A stretch of DNA of 62,761 nt, filler included, from Vermamoeba vermiformis (lineage: Eukaryota): assembly GCA_045837725.1 (NCBI GenBank). It is 4 parts of 4 records of this genome, joined end to end, with 100 filler letters (N's around TTAATTAATTAA, not from the genome) between each part and the next. Parts side by side here need not be neighbours in the genome. Positions count along the whole stretch, not along the records: positions 1 to 30,386 come from JBEWZL010000133.1; 3 more parts are not named here. The stretch is one strand, 5' to 3'. Below, in pieces: positions 11,337-23,900 of the stretch. Within the stretch, counting starts at the first letter, position 1. Each line of letters begins with the position of its first letter. Position numbers and translations under genes: made by a program. The notes under the pieces were generated by a model. The model was not told the origin of the DNA. It did no database searches and was given only the letters and a program-made list of their open reading frames with translations.

Positions 11337-14042
11337 ATGGAGTCTAAGTAAGTTCGTTTTCAAAGCGGAAAATTAACCAGATGCATTAAAATTAATTATC
11401 AATTTTGAATCAGCTACAATTTAAGTATTAGCGTCAAATTATCGAGTAATAATTATACAGAAATTTGGTTCTAACAAAAAATCTGGTTTTAATTGCCAGA
11501 TGTGCAAAATCTTCTGTATTCGCCTTGCAATTTCGTTATTAATTATTGAACAAGGTCATTGCGCTATGTTAGGGTCGAGAAAGTACAGAGTCCTGGAAAT
11601 AAAGAGGAGCGGAACAGACGGATCCTTCAATTCGCTCAACCCGTTCCCCAAAACAAACAATTGCCGTCGCTCGCGTGCTATTGGTTCGTAACAACAGAAG
11701 TGTTGGAAGATATTCGATACAACGACAAATTATTTGCTTGGAAAGGGCAAACTGAAGTCGAAGATTCCAATGGCATCGTGCACTACCTCTATCGAGTCGA
11801 TTTTAAAGCCAAAGAGCGCGGAGCAATTGGTTTTGAATTTACAGACGGTACAATAGTGCGATTAGAATGCTTGCCACCACTTGATCTATTATTAGAGAAT
11901 ATTGGTGTTGCAAAATCACGCGAGGTAAATTGGATCTTTTGTTGAAACTTTTAACGAACTAACGTTTGTCTGTCAGGAGCCATTCGATCTGAAAGATCTC
12001 CTCAGCAAGCTACCTCCAAAGACCATAATTGTCATCAACACACTGCTGTTGGTCCCTGACGAACCTGACTTTATTCAAATGGCTGACACGGCACTGACGA
12101 CCGTTGGTTTCAAGAAAGAAGTTAGCTCGCACAATCGTCAGTACCTCTACAGCCATACAGACTTGGTCAACACCAAGCGACACGTGCTCTTGATTCCTTT
12201 TGGCAACGAGAATAGATATCTCCGAATCGACGATTACCTGCCGCAAGCCAGTGAAGTCCTGTTGCTAATTGACAACAAAGGTGAACAGCAACCGAGCGAG
12301 TTGATGGCCATCAAGCAAGTGAATAACGTCGCCACTATTGTCAACAATATCTTGGTCAACAACACGTGGGAGTTCGTGACCAAGACAGCCAACTTTGGTC
12401 AGTTGGTGCTGAACTACGAGCCGCTGGAGCCGTCAGTCAAGACACTCTTTTCGATCTCAAAACTGCGTGGTATTCTCGGTGGCGCGAGCTGTCAGAACGC
12501 CACCATCCAAGAGCTACAAGGGCCGTTCAACAGGTTCCTCATTGAATGGACTCTGAACTCCGAGCGGGTTGTCAGACATACCCCAGAAGCGATCTATCTC
12601 TGCTTCAAGTTCGAACCAGACGTTGTTCAAGCATTGTCCGAGTACGCTGCCATCATCCTTGCTGCACTCGACATCGAATATGAATATACGCCCGTTGTGG
12701 TCCATGGCAGTGTCCTCGTGTACATCCGTTGCCCATCGTATCTTCCGTGGTACATTCTGCAGCGCAAACAAGACATCTTCGATACGCTCAGCAAATACGA
12801 ACTGACAGAGATCTACGAGTGTTTTATCAGCGATGTTGAAGTGTCAATGAAGCGACCCGGCAATGAAAAGTTCGTCGAAGAGTTGAGATTTTTGAAGGAA
12901 CTCATGCTTGAAGATGACGTGCTAGACCAGCCAACAGCAACAAGGTAAGGCGATACGACAAGCTATTAAATGTTTTAACTCGTTATGTACGCAGATTCAA
13001 GGTTGTACATCTACCAACCATGCCTCCCACCGTCGACAAACTTTCAAAGGAGCGGCAACAATCGCTTGAGGCAAAGTATAATGCTATGAAAGTCTTCGAT
13101 AACAAGTGGACCAAGACACTCGAAGAGTGCTACAACAGCGATCAACTGCGTCAACAATTGTTCAATTTCAAGACTGACAAGGTAAGTCATGACACCTATT
13201 CGTTATTCTCCTCATTTTAACCATCAATTTAGAACGCAAAAATCGCAATTCGTGTGTTCATCGCATCAGCCTCAGCAGGACTGGCAACGAACGTCGCCAA
13301 GTTGATGCGTCCTTTCAGAGGCAAATCAATCATCGATGGTGTGCACTCTGGTCTTCAGATCGCCAATACAGTAAGTGAATAACCGGCATTTCTTCCATAG
13401 TACTCATTTGTATGCTAGATCGTCGAGTGGAATCAAAGTGGTATCGTGCACATCGGCGAACTGAAACCCACGAGTGCCACGGCTGTTCTGTTCGACATTC
13501 AAGGCTCAGTCAAGTTTGATTTTACGGAAGAAATTGCTCAGAAGGTAAACAATATTCTAGCTAGCTAAGGTCATGATAGTTTGCTAACTACTCCTACTTG
13601 ATCAGATGATCAACTTCATTCAACTATGGAACATCAAGTACCGCTATTCATCTGACGAGTTAAACTCTCATCGCTTTGTGCGAGACTTCTTGCAATACAC
13701 GATGAACGTGTCACTTCTCGATTGCTTCAAAGGACCATTGGGTACGTCTATATGTGATGACTTGACATGAGCTAATACACGTCTCTAGGCTCATACATGG
13801 ACTACGTGATGAGAACAGGCGACGCGACTCCACGACTGTTTTCACCCAAGAACGGAGTGATGGTGTTCAAGACACACGAAGAGCTCGAAAAAGTAGATCG
13901 AAACCAACTGAGTGACGATGAGAACAAACTGTTGAAGATCTTCCATCGTGGCTTTCAGTTGCAAGAAGCAGCGAATGGCAAAGATGTGAGTAGCTGCTGT
14001 TACGGACTTCCCACGAATGGTTTGGAGATCTTGAACCAATGA
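11337..14042 (+). CDS. Family B gene B2: N-domain + degenerate Ras-like fold + alpha/beta domain + papain-like domain with Cys->Ser
   Basis: ATG 11337 with a gtaagt donor splices to 11555 (MESKSLRYVRVEK). Includes ORFs 11559-11945 and 12049-12948. The 3' exons encode GVHSGLQI (His 13344-13346), WN, NSHRFVRDFL (TCT 13666-13668) and FHRGFQL…LEILNQ*. Confidence 0.75.
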
Positions 14043-14452
14043 AATCATTAAACAAAATTTCCTTGTGGATCTTCTGATCGGATCTGCCGCTTCGCCCAAA
14101 CTCTCGCCTTTCTATATTGGATATTGCATCTTTTGGTATTGATAGATCGATTCTCGTCGACAAAAGATATAAATTTCTGGCCTAACATTTCAATGCGAGC
14201 GAGTCACGTGCTTGGAAAGAATTGATTTTGGGTGATGCGCATTCAATTCTTTTGGTCTAAAACATAAAAGAGAGGCTTCGAAACACCAAGCCAACAGAAA
14301 GTATACAACAGATCCAATCAATTGGATTTTACGGTAAAAAATCACGAATCCGCAGATTGACATTTAAATTTAATTCATTAAACTAATTTATAATTATAAT
14401 TCATTAAATTTTAGCTCTACAATAGCTAATTATTGCTTCAAGTTCAGGAGAA

Positions 14453-17400
14453 ATGTCAGATCGAAATATTTACCCGGCAGATTTACCCCAGCGCAATTAC
14501 GCGTGAGTAGAATTCCATTTTTCTTTAATAAAATATTGACAACAAAATTAGGGCGAAGCGTCCTCGGGAGGATTCAGTCGAAGAAAAGCAGATTCGGGTC
14601 CCATCCGTCCAAACGTAAGTGTTGGCACAAAGAAAGCACTTTTATAACTTAATTTTAAGGAATCGGATACGTTGTACACGAGTCAAAGACATTGGAACTC
14701 GACTGTCACCAGATCTAAAACTCCAAAGGGCCGTTGAAATATCGCAGCTTCCTCAAGGCAATTCTCTTACTGCACGAGCAATTTATTGGTTCGTTACTAC
14801 TGAACCGGTGTTGCTGATAATAGAAGACACAAACTTGTTTGTTTGGAAGGAGAGTCATACTTTGACCGCTTCCAATGGCACAACATACTACTTGAATCAA
14901 ATTGACTTTCACAAAAATAAGCGAGGAACCCTTCGCTTTAGGTTTCCTGATGAGACCGAAGACACTATCTACTGCTTGTCAACTCACCCAAACAAAAACA
15001 AACGAGCCAAACTCTCTCCCGCAAACAACAACGACATGCAGCTCGACGATGAGTCTCAAACAGCAACAAACTACAGTGCACAACCAACGCCGTTCAATGT
15101 TGAATATAATGATTTGATAAACCAGCTTGGAAGCAACACCATCTCGCCCAATAGTAGCATCAGTCCTTCGGGTAGTGGGGAGATGGACTTTATATACGAA
15201 GTTGGTGTGCCGCAAGTACCAACTTCGCTACAGGGCCAAGCCTCGCCCCAAACTCCGTCACAAGTACAAACTCCGTTTCAAGTCCAGACCCCGCCGCAAG
15301 TCCTTCCAAATGGCATGCAAGTTGCTTCAACTGAAGCACTCATTGTTAACTTCCTTCTGCTGGTCCCGGACAACAACGAGTGCATCCAAATGGCGCACTC
15401 AACGCTCGTTAATTGTGGGTTCACCGAAGAAGTCAGCTCGACAACTCAACAGCGCCTGTATAGTCTGAAAAAGACTAACAACACCATACGACACGTGCTG
15501 CTATTTCCATATGAAAAAGCTGACAGATTGTACGTCTTGGATGATTACTTGCCTGCAACAAGCGAAGTCATTTTGCTACTCGAAAATCAAGACAAGCAAG
15601 AAGACCCTCTCATGGCCATCTCTCACATTGCCAACATTGGCACCAATTGCGCATGGGAGTTTGTTGTCAAAGGGGCTGATTTTAGACCCATAGAGCTCAA
15701 CTACTCAACACTAGTGCAATCAGTGAAGTTAGTAGTATCAATCGAGCAACTTCGCGAAGTTATTGTTGGTGGTGCTTCATGGAGAAAAGGTCTTGGTGCC
15801 GCTCAGCTGGCTGATCCGTTCAAGAATTTCTTCTTGCAGTGGACGTTGGCACGTGTCGCCAAACGCGTTGTTCGGAACATTTTTCTTTGTTTCAAGTTCG
15901 AGCCTAAAGGAGTCATAGCCAGAACAATTGACTATGCCGCTAAATCCTTGGCTGCACTTGGAATAGAGTATGACTTGGAAGATGCGTCAGTAGTCAACGG
16001 CAGTGTGCTCGTCTATGTTCGATGCCCAGCGTATGTTCTTTGGTACGTTCTGCAACGCAAAAAGGACATCCTTCAAACCCTGAAAGAAGACGGATTGACC
16101 GAGATCTACGAGTGTTTCATTAGCGATGTTGAAACGTCAATGAAGCGAGCTGGAAACGAGCAGTTCATTGAAGAATTGGAGCACTTGAAAGAACAAATGA
16201 TTTGCGATGACATTGCTGAACAACCGACGCCTAACAAGTATGTACCACTGCGTTTTCGAAGAAAACTAACTGACGTTTGCCAAAGATTTAGACTGGTAAC
16301 TCTACCAAACTTGCCGTTGATAACCAGGTCGAGTTCGCACGTGGCAGCGGCAGCTGCTAAAACTTTAGCGCCGCCAGGGGACGTTGAACCAATGATCATC
16401 GATGATCTGCCAATAGAATATCCGCCGACTTTAGATAAATTGCCGGCAAACAAACGAAAAGTACTGGAAGAGAAAAGCGCCGAACTGAAGAATTTTGATA
16501 ATAAGTGGAATAAGACGCTTGAAGAGTGCTACAACAGCGATCAACTGCGTCAACAATTGTTCAACTTCAAGACTGACAAGGTAAGTCATGATGACAACTA
16601 TTCGTTATTCTCCTCATTTTAACCATCGATTTAGAATGCCAAAATCGCAGTTCGTGTGTTCATCGCATCAGCATCAGCAGGATTGGCAACGAACGTCGCC
16701 AAGCTGATGCGTCCTTTCAGAGGCAAATCAATCATCGATGGTGTGCACTCTGGTCTTCAGATCGCCAATACAGTAAGTGACACATGTCAACGTTTAGTTC
16801 TCGTTCAGTCTTGTTAATCACTCGTTTGTTTAGATCATCGAATGGAATCAAAGTGGTATCGTGCACATTGGCGAGCTCAAACATGGCAATGCAGTGGCTG
16901 TTTTGTTCGATATTCAAGACTCCGTCAAGTTTGACTTCTCTGAAGAGACGGCACAAAAAGTAAGTCACCCTTTCATTTTAAGTTGTTATACACCATTGTT
17001 AACACTACTTGCGCTCTTTTTAGATGATCAGCTTCATTCAAAAATGGAACGTAGAGTACCGCTATTCGTCTGACGAGTTCAACTCTCATCGCTTTGTGCG
17101 AGACTTCTTGCAATACACGATGGACGTGTCACTTCTCGATCGCTTCAAAGGACCATTGGGTACGTCTAAAGCTTATTTAGAATGACTGGCCATGTGCTAA
17201 TACACTTCTCTAGGCTCTTACATGGACTATGTGATGAGAACAGGTGACGCGACTCCACGACTGTTTTCACCCAAGAACGGAGTGATGGTGTTCAAGACAC
17301 ATGAAGAGCTCGAAGAAGCGGATCGTGCCCTTCGAAACCAACTGAGTGACGACGAGAACAAACTGTTGAAGATCTTCCATCGTGGCTTTCAGTTGCAAGA

Positions 17401-17500
17401 AGCAGCGAATGGCAAAGATGTGAGTAGCTGTTGTTATGGACTTCCCACGAATGGTTTGGAGATCTTGAATGACAGCGGCAAACCAACAAAGTATAATTAA
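14453..17500 (+). CDS. Family B gene B3: same architecture as B2, with a longer S/P/Q/T-rich linker
   Basis: ATG 14453; introns after 14502 and at 14615-14659 lead in frame into ORF 14619-16622. Basic motifs AKRPR and KNKRAKLSP. The 3' exons are nearly identical to B2 (GVHSGLQI; NSHRF with TCT at 17084-17086). Confidence 0.78.
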
Positions 17501-17563
17501 AATCTAATTTACTTCTATTACAAAAAATTAAATGGTTAAAGACATCGAAAGGATGTCACAGTG

Positions 17564-20500
17564 CTACTTCGTTTTGTGTCTTTTTTTGGTGTTCTTTTCT
17601 TTGGCGTCATGTTTTCTCTTCTTGGTCTTGATCTCAGAGCTGTTACCAATCTCATCAGAGTCAAATTCAATTAACTCTTCTTCTTTTGAGTCAAGGATTG
17701 GAATTGAAGCTTTCTCTTTTTTTCTTTCCTTCTTAGTAGTAGAAGTTTGGGCAATTTGATCTGAAATGACTTTTAGTGCTTCCTGTCTTGATTTGTAATC
17801 ACCCTTCATGGCAATGATGAATTTGGTGACATGTTCTTCTGTCAATACATCTTCATAGCCTCGTTCATCAAGGGTGTCATTCACCTGCTTGGTTATATCT
17901 TTTATCTTCATTTCAGCATTATTCTTTTCAGGGATTGCTAGTTGAATAAAGTGTCTAATGATTAAGTCCTCAAGATCTGGTTCATTGAATAAGTCAAAGG
18001 CATGTTGTAATGCATGTGAGCGATTGAAGGGATTATTGACATAGTTCATTGCTAGTGCAGCAGTTCCAAAAATTGACTAAATTGTAAATCAGAATCAAAT
18101 AGAAAGATCATTGGAAAACTTTTTACCTTGCTAAAGTGAATTGTTAGCATTTGGCGAACCCCAGATTTACCTCGCTCTTTGCCTTGGTTTGCTAGTGGAA
18201 AAGCTCGACGCAACCCTGTAATAACATTCTAATATTGTTAGTACTAACTTATAAAATGAAAAAACCTACTTGTATTGATTGTTGAGGCAAGCTAACTTTA
18301 CTGGTATTAGGAATGTCCCCATAGTTCTTAATTTGATTGACCACAAACTTTTTTTCTTCAAAACTCCAAACCTTTGGATGCTTTGCAACAAAGTGATTCC
18401 ACTCCATCTTATCTCTAGATAATTTAATGGCAGTGGCATTGATGAAACTCATCTCAAAGTATGAATGTAATATCTGTCGCTGTAACTTGCTGTTGCCAAA
18501 AGTTATTAATAAGTTAATAAATTGATATTGTCATACCATGATGACAAGCTAGGCTGAACAGCACATTGTAATATTGAGATGTGAGCTGCTTGAAAGTAGC
18601 TCTTCAACTTTAAGAAGTCATATTGATAATCAATTTCTCCGTTGTGCTTTTTAGAATTTGCTTTGAAGTAGTCTTGCATTTTGAGTACCAAACTGAAACC
18701 TTGTTCACCTTTATCAAGTCCAGCAATTCTTCTTAAGAGAGTATCAATTCGTTCAAGGATCTTCTCTTTAATTATTGCAGCACAGCTGTTGATAAATTGA
18801 GGAAGTATTTCTTTCAGATATGCATTTCTGTAGTTGATTCTAGAAATCTTTCTGTTCATGTATTGATCTTTTTGTTCAATTAGTTTTTTGATATCTGCAT
18901 CAAAAGTGACTTGTAAATTGGTCTTCTCTACAGCTACAACACTTGATAATCGTTCAAACTGCTTAATATTTGACTTCATCTCCACAATGAACTTATTCTT
19001 TTCAAATTGAATATATTGCTGCTTAATTTTGTTTTGAACATCATTGCCCTCGTCATTGTTCTTGTCACTGTTATTGTCATTGTTATTATTGTCATTGTGA
19101 TTACAGTGATCATTGTCATTGTCATCAATGTAATTGTTATTGTCAGTGTACTTGTAAATGTAATTGTCATCATTATTATCACTGTCCTTGTCATTGTTGC
19201 TGTAATCATCATTGTCATTGTTGTTATTATTATCATTGTGGTTATGGTGATCATTGTCATCAACGTAATTGTTGTTGTCATTGTAATGGTAAATATCATT
19301 GTAAATGTCAATGTAAGTGTAATTGTCATCATCATTATCACTGTCCATGTAATTATTGTTGTCATTGTCGTTATGGCTTTCAAAAAATTTTGCTGAAATG
19401 CCATTGATAATATCAAGCAAGTGAATTTCATCAATTGCAACAAAATCGTCAACATTTGGATGATCTTTTTCTTTGAGAATCAGCTTTCCAATGTTGTTCA
19501 GCATTGAATCAACTTCCTTCCACATTGGTCGTAGCACAATATCAGAAAGGGAATAGCATGAAAATCCTCCCTTTCCAAGGCAGATCCGGTTTATAAATTC
19601 TCTACATCGTTGCTCTGGGGCCTTGTGCTCAAACACTTTTGTTTGCTCAATTATCTGTCACAGTCAATATTTTGTAAAACTAATCACTTCAACTTACATA
19701 TTGTTCAAGCTTTGCCATTGAACATTGACTCTTGGCAGCCTCAATGTCAGCTGCAATGCGGGCTGTAACTTTGGCACTGGTATAGTGGTACCATTGTCTC
19801 AATTGAAATTGAAATTCTGGATAATGTTTGTACATCTTTGACTGAAGTTGAGCAGCAACTGCTTGAAAGTAAGTGCAATCAAGCTTTTGGCTGACATCTG
19901 ACATCTACCATGAATGGTTAATATATATATGCCAACACTAAATAATTAATTGCTTACAAATTGAATGCAGCTATCAATCTTTGAATAGAAGGATTTTGCT
20001 CTTTCAAGTTCATTCTTGGTTTGGTCTTGGAAAAGCATTTGAGCAAGTGAGTTCATGAAAAAATCAACTCCTTTTTCATTTCCACTCAGCTGGATGCCAT
20101 ACTTCTTTGTATTGAATAGAAGATGAGTCAAAGCAAATGGACTTGTGTAGATCTCGGGTCCTTGTGGTTGATAGTTTGCCTGAAATAGGAGCTGTCCAGC
20201 TCCATGAAGGCTTGAAAGCTATCAAAATGACATTAGAACTTTAATTAGAAATAATTGCTTACTGGTTCAGTTAAAGTCATTGACTCGTTGAAGTACCATT
20301 TAGATAATTTTTGGGATAGCTTAATTGCATGATCTTTGATATTTGCTGGAAATTGTTTTACACATGTCTGAATAATAAACTGCCAAAAGATTTCTTTGAG
20401 TCTGTTTTGCATCTTTGTTGCATGTTCTTTCATAATGCTCAGCATTTCTCCTTTGTTTTTTGCCTTTACATCTATGTTGTTGAAAACAATCGTGCACTGT

Positions 20501-22371
20501 GACGCCATGCTCTCCAAGCTGTTAGCCTCAAATTGTTCTTTGATCTTTTGTTGATATCTCTTCATGAATTTAGAGCTCTCCAGCAGTGCAAAATCATTAT
20601 TAATATCTCCATGGTCACTCACATAGATCACATGAGTTGCTACATCCAGAGCAGCCCTAATATTAATGTCAGGCAAGGTTGATCAAAATATTTCTACTTA
20701 CGATGTTTGTTGTTTGAGTATGTAGTCTTGTCGTACAAGCCCTGGGCAATCAATCAGCTGACCACCATTTTTCAGAATTGGTAATGGTAGTCTAAACTCA
20801 ACAGATTTGATTAGGCCCCAAAAGTGCCTGTCACCACCACAATAGGACATGTACTTGGCCTTTACGTATTGAAGGCTTTCATCAACTGAGTGGTAAGGTG
20901 ACGTGAAGGTTATCTTTGTTCCAAGCTTTCCACGGAAGTGTGGGTCAATGTGAAGCTCCTCTTCTGTCACTTCAACTAATTTCCGCTCAATTCCAATCAT
21001 GTTTAGGCCTTTGAAGGTAATATTCACTTCTTCGTCCTCATACGCAGCTTGGATGAAATTGTAGTCCTAGAATTGTTAGAGAAATGGTAATAGTACACTT
21101 CAGTAGAACTTACTTTGACTCTACAAAGCTCTATTTCAACTTGTCGGGCAGAAAGAAACTCAATTGTAATTGAAAACATAACTCCATATGAGATGGTTGA
21201 ATTTAACCGTGTTGTTGATGATACACTACCTATGCATCATTTCAGTTAGCAATTAATTAACGCTCGTCTTACAAACCTTCTTGAAGAAGATAGTACGAGC
21301 TCAATTTTTCATTGTTCATCGGCACTTCAACAAAGGAAGTTGTATTGTGATAGATGTTTTCTAGCGAATCCTCTGCATCTATTGTATCGACGACTATTTC
21401 TCGATACTTGAAGTGAAAGGAGTGCCAATACCAAGAAACCTCGTGCCAATAGGCAGCGTCGATTTCACTTTTCTTACGAAGCGAGTGTTTGATAATCTTG
21501 TTGATCAAAAAACTCTTGCCAATACCTACAAAATGAATTTGGTACCTGCACGCAAAGGAATGAACGTATGAATAACTGACCTTGACGTCCGAAAAACACA
21601 ATCTTCGCTCCTTGATCTCGTGGCTGTGATTCGGTCATAGTCAAACTCTAAACGCTTGTAGTTAATAGTTTATTCGCATATTTACTCTCTATTGAGTTTT
21701 TAAAGATTAACTTGCGTATTTTGTCGTCCCAATAAATTTATAAAATATTTGCAAAACGTACTTTGATATGTGGCCCAAGAGCAACGCGTAATTCCTTTGC
21801 ACCTTTTGACGAAGAGTTCTCTACGTGGCGCAGTGTTTCGGCTACGTGCTCGGTGACTAATTCGGAAAATTGAATTGTTGAAACCGGATGCGTGACTGAA
21901 AAGTTAAAGTGAGAAAATAAACCCTCATATATATAGATCAATTAATTACTTACTATGACGCTCAAAGACTAGCGGGCATATTTGCTTCGACTTTCTGAGA
22001 CCAAAAATTGCAATTTTTGTCGCATCCGAAGTGTCATTGATACGTTGCACTGAATCAGGTTCAATTACGTAAACTGTTGCATTTTGCGTTTCATTCCACT
22101 TGTGTAATGCTTTGTATAGGTCTTTATCTTCGTTATCAAGACGTTGCCGTAATTGTCCAACAAGTTGTGCGAAGTCCTTTCGTTGCCAGACATCCACGCC
22201 TTGAAATTTGTATTGCCAGTATAACATACTGGCAATTAGTGACTCGCCGACGAACTTCTCGGGGAGTTGGATTTCAGTTAAGTGCAGAAGATCCAATAAT
22301 AATTTGAAGCTCTCCTCCTCCTCCTCCTCCTTCGATTTCGGCGTCTTTTCTATTGCTATGTTGTCTTCCAT
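17564..22371 (-). CDS. Large dynamin-superfamily GTPase, NUGGC/SLIP-GC-like, with a D/N-rich insert; 5' end uncertain
   Basis: Splicing gives the P-loop IVFFGRQG|IGKSFLINK. FWGLIKSVEFRLPLPILKNGGQLIDCPGL carries G3 (DxxG) and IVFNNID is G4-like. Long helical C-terminal exons, all on the minus strand with gt-ag boundaries. Confidence 0.7.
19040..19378 (-). repeat. Coding trinucleotide low-complexity tract (AAT/GAT/AAC/GAC) encoding an Asn/Asp-rich insert
   Basis: Repeated TTGTCA/TTATCA on the + strand; reads NDNDNNN…YIDDND in ORF 18506-19636. Confidence 0.9.
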
Positions 22372-23385
22372 TCAAAATATCGATTGAATTGAAGTGGTAA
22401 GAAAGCGATTCAAAACCTGACTGGCTTTCGCAATTTTCCTGGCCAGAAATCTTTCGGACAATCCTACTTGACATGAGATCAGTAAATAAATGATACACGC
22501 GCTAGCATTATATTAATTATCGTTTAAATGAAGTACTCAGACTAAAATTCGTACCACAAATCGGGTTTCTCCGCCAAGAAACGTGCTTGTCCGTCAAAAT
22601 CCAATACCACATCCAAAAACAAAGCTACGATGTAAACAAATGCAGCCGCTGTAGCCTCGTTTTATATTGGTTGCATGCCACTCTAATTCTTCTAGTAACA
22701 TACGCGTTCTTTAGATCAAAATTTCACGCCATCGAATGAAGACATCTTGACGTGCGCTACAAAAGAAAGGTTATTCGTGCTTCGAGCCAATAGTAGTTAA
22801 CTACGTACATAGGTAACACAAGCTTAAAGTGCGAGTGATCTGCGCGAATTTACCATAGTTCGAAATGACAGCTCTGTGGACCACCAATTATGGTATGCAG
22901 CAGCTTAGTAAGTATCAAACTGGAATAAAATATTTAATATAACTTGACGAAAGATACAAAGTAAATACTAAATAAAAACCGAAACATCTGGCAAATTTCG
23001 TTTTGCATTATTTAATTGTCCAGTTGGTACGATGTCGGTCCGACAAAAATTAAAATTTACATTGGCTATTGTTCCAATTATTCTAATATATTAAGTATTA
23101 TTTTTTAAAAATGCTTACCACGGGATTTGGAACCCAAAACAACACTGCTTAATTTCTCTTTCTGCATTATCAATCATATGAATATATTTAATTGGTTGTC
23201 TGTTACGAACGGCTTCCTTACTAAACTGTTTTTTGGTCAGATGAAACGCAATTTGTTCTGACCACGCGGCAATGTCCACAAGATTTCGATACTAAGTCGT
23301 GAGTTTCACAAGCTAATCAATATAAATTACAATATTGCTCCGCAGGGTTTCAGGTACGCCGAATTAGCATTTCAAGCAGATGTAA

Positions 23386-23682
23386 ATGGATCTCGCATTG
23401 GAAGAAAATGGTCTCAGCGGCACAATTTCTTCGAGCTTGTTCGACATAACGACGCTAATTGAAGTGGATTTATCTGGCAATCATATCAGCGGAACTCTAT
23501 CATCGGACATTACTGCATTGACACAATTGCAAGTGCTTCAACTTCAACGAAATGACTCGACTAGCACGATTCCTGAAGAACTCGTACACACGGCTTCACC
23601 TAGTACCCTCCGGCCGGATGACCTTTCTGCAAGTGGCGATAGTCTGTTGAGCAGTGTCAGCGCGGCCTAGTGGCACGAAGTG
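23386..23682 (+). pseudogene. Orphan LRR fragment closely related to the A2 ectodomain
   Basis: Near-identical to about 10372-10661 (ENGLSGTISSSLF…IEVDLSGNHISGTLSSDI…LTQLQVLQLQ). Later repeats are decayed, with a stop at 23668-23670 and no upstream exons. Confidence 0.85.
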
Positions 23683-23900
23683 CTACTTACACGAGCTCGC
23701 GACTTGCTCAGTGGAAGAAGAGGTGCGTTATTGAAGTGCTAAAGCTTGGCGTACTCATAAATCATAGCGAACAGATGAAGGATTTCGCATTAACGCGCGC
23801 CTTTGAGCTTCGGCACGTGCCCGCCGCCGAAAAGTAGACGAAGAGTGCACAGAAACTTAAATTTGAATACTTTGAACGCAGTAACTCAACTAGTCATTTT

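Noticed and set aside
18976-19455. Thr/Met/Ile-rich and Ile/Val-rich ORFs (18976-19455 -, 19007-19396 +)
   Set aside because: Alternative-frame readings of the D/N trinucleotide tract inside the GTPase gene.
22215-22260. OTU-like motif (GESLIASMLY) at the GTPase N-terminus
   Set aside because: Only a short resemblance, with no catalytic Cys and no convincing His box.
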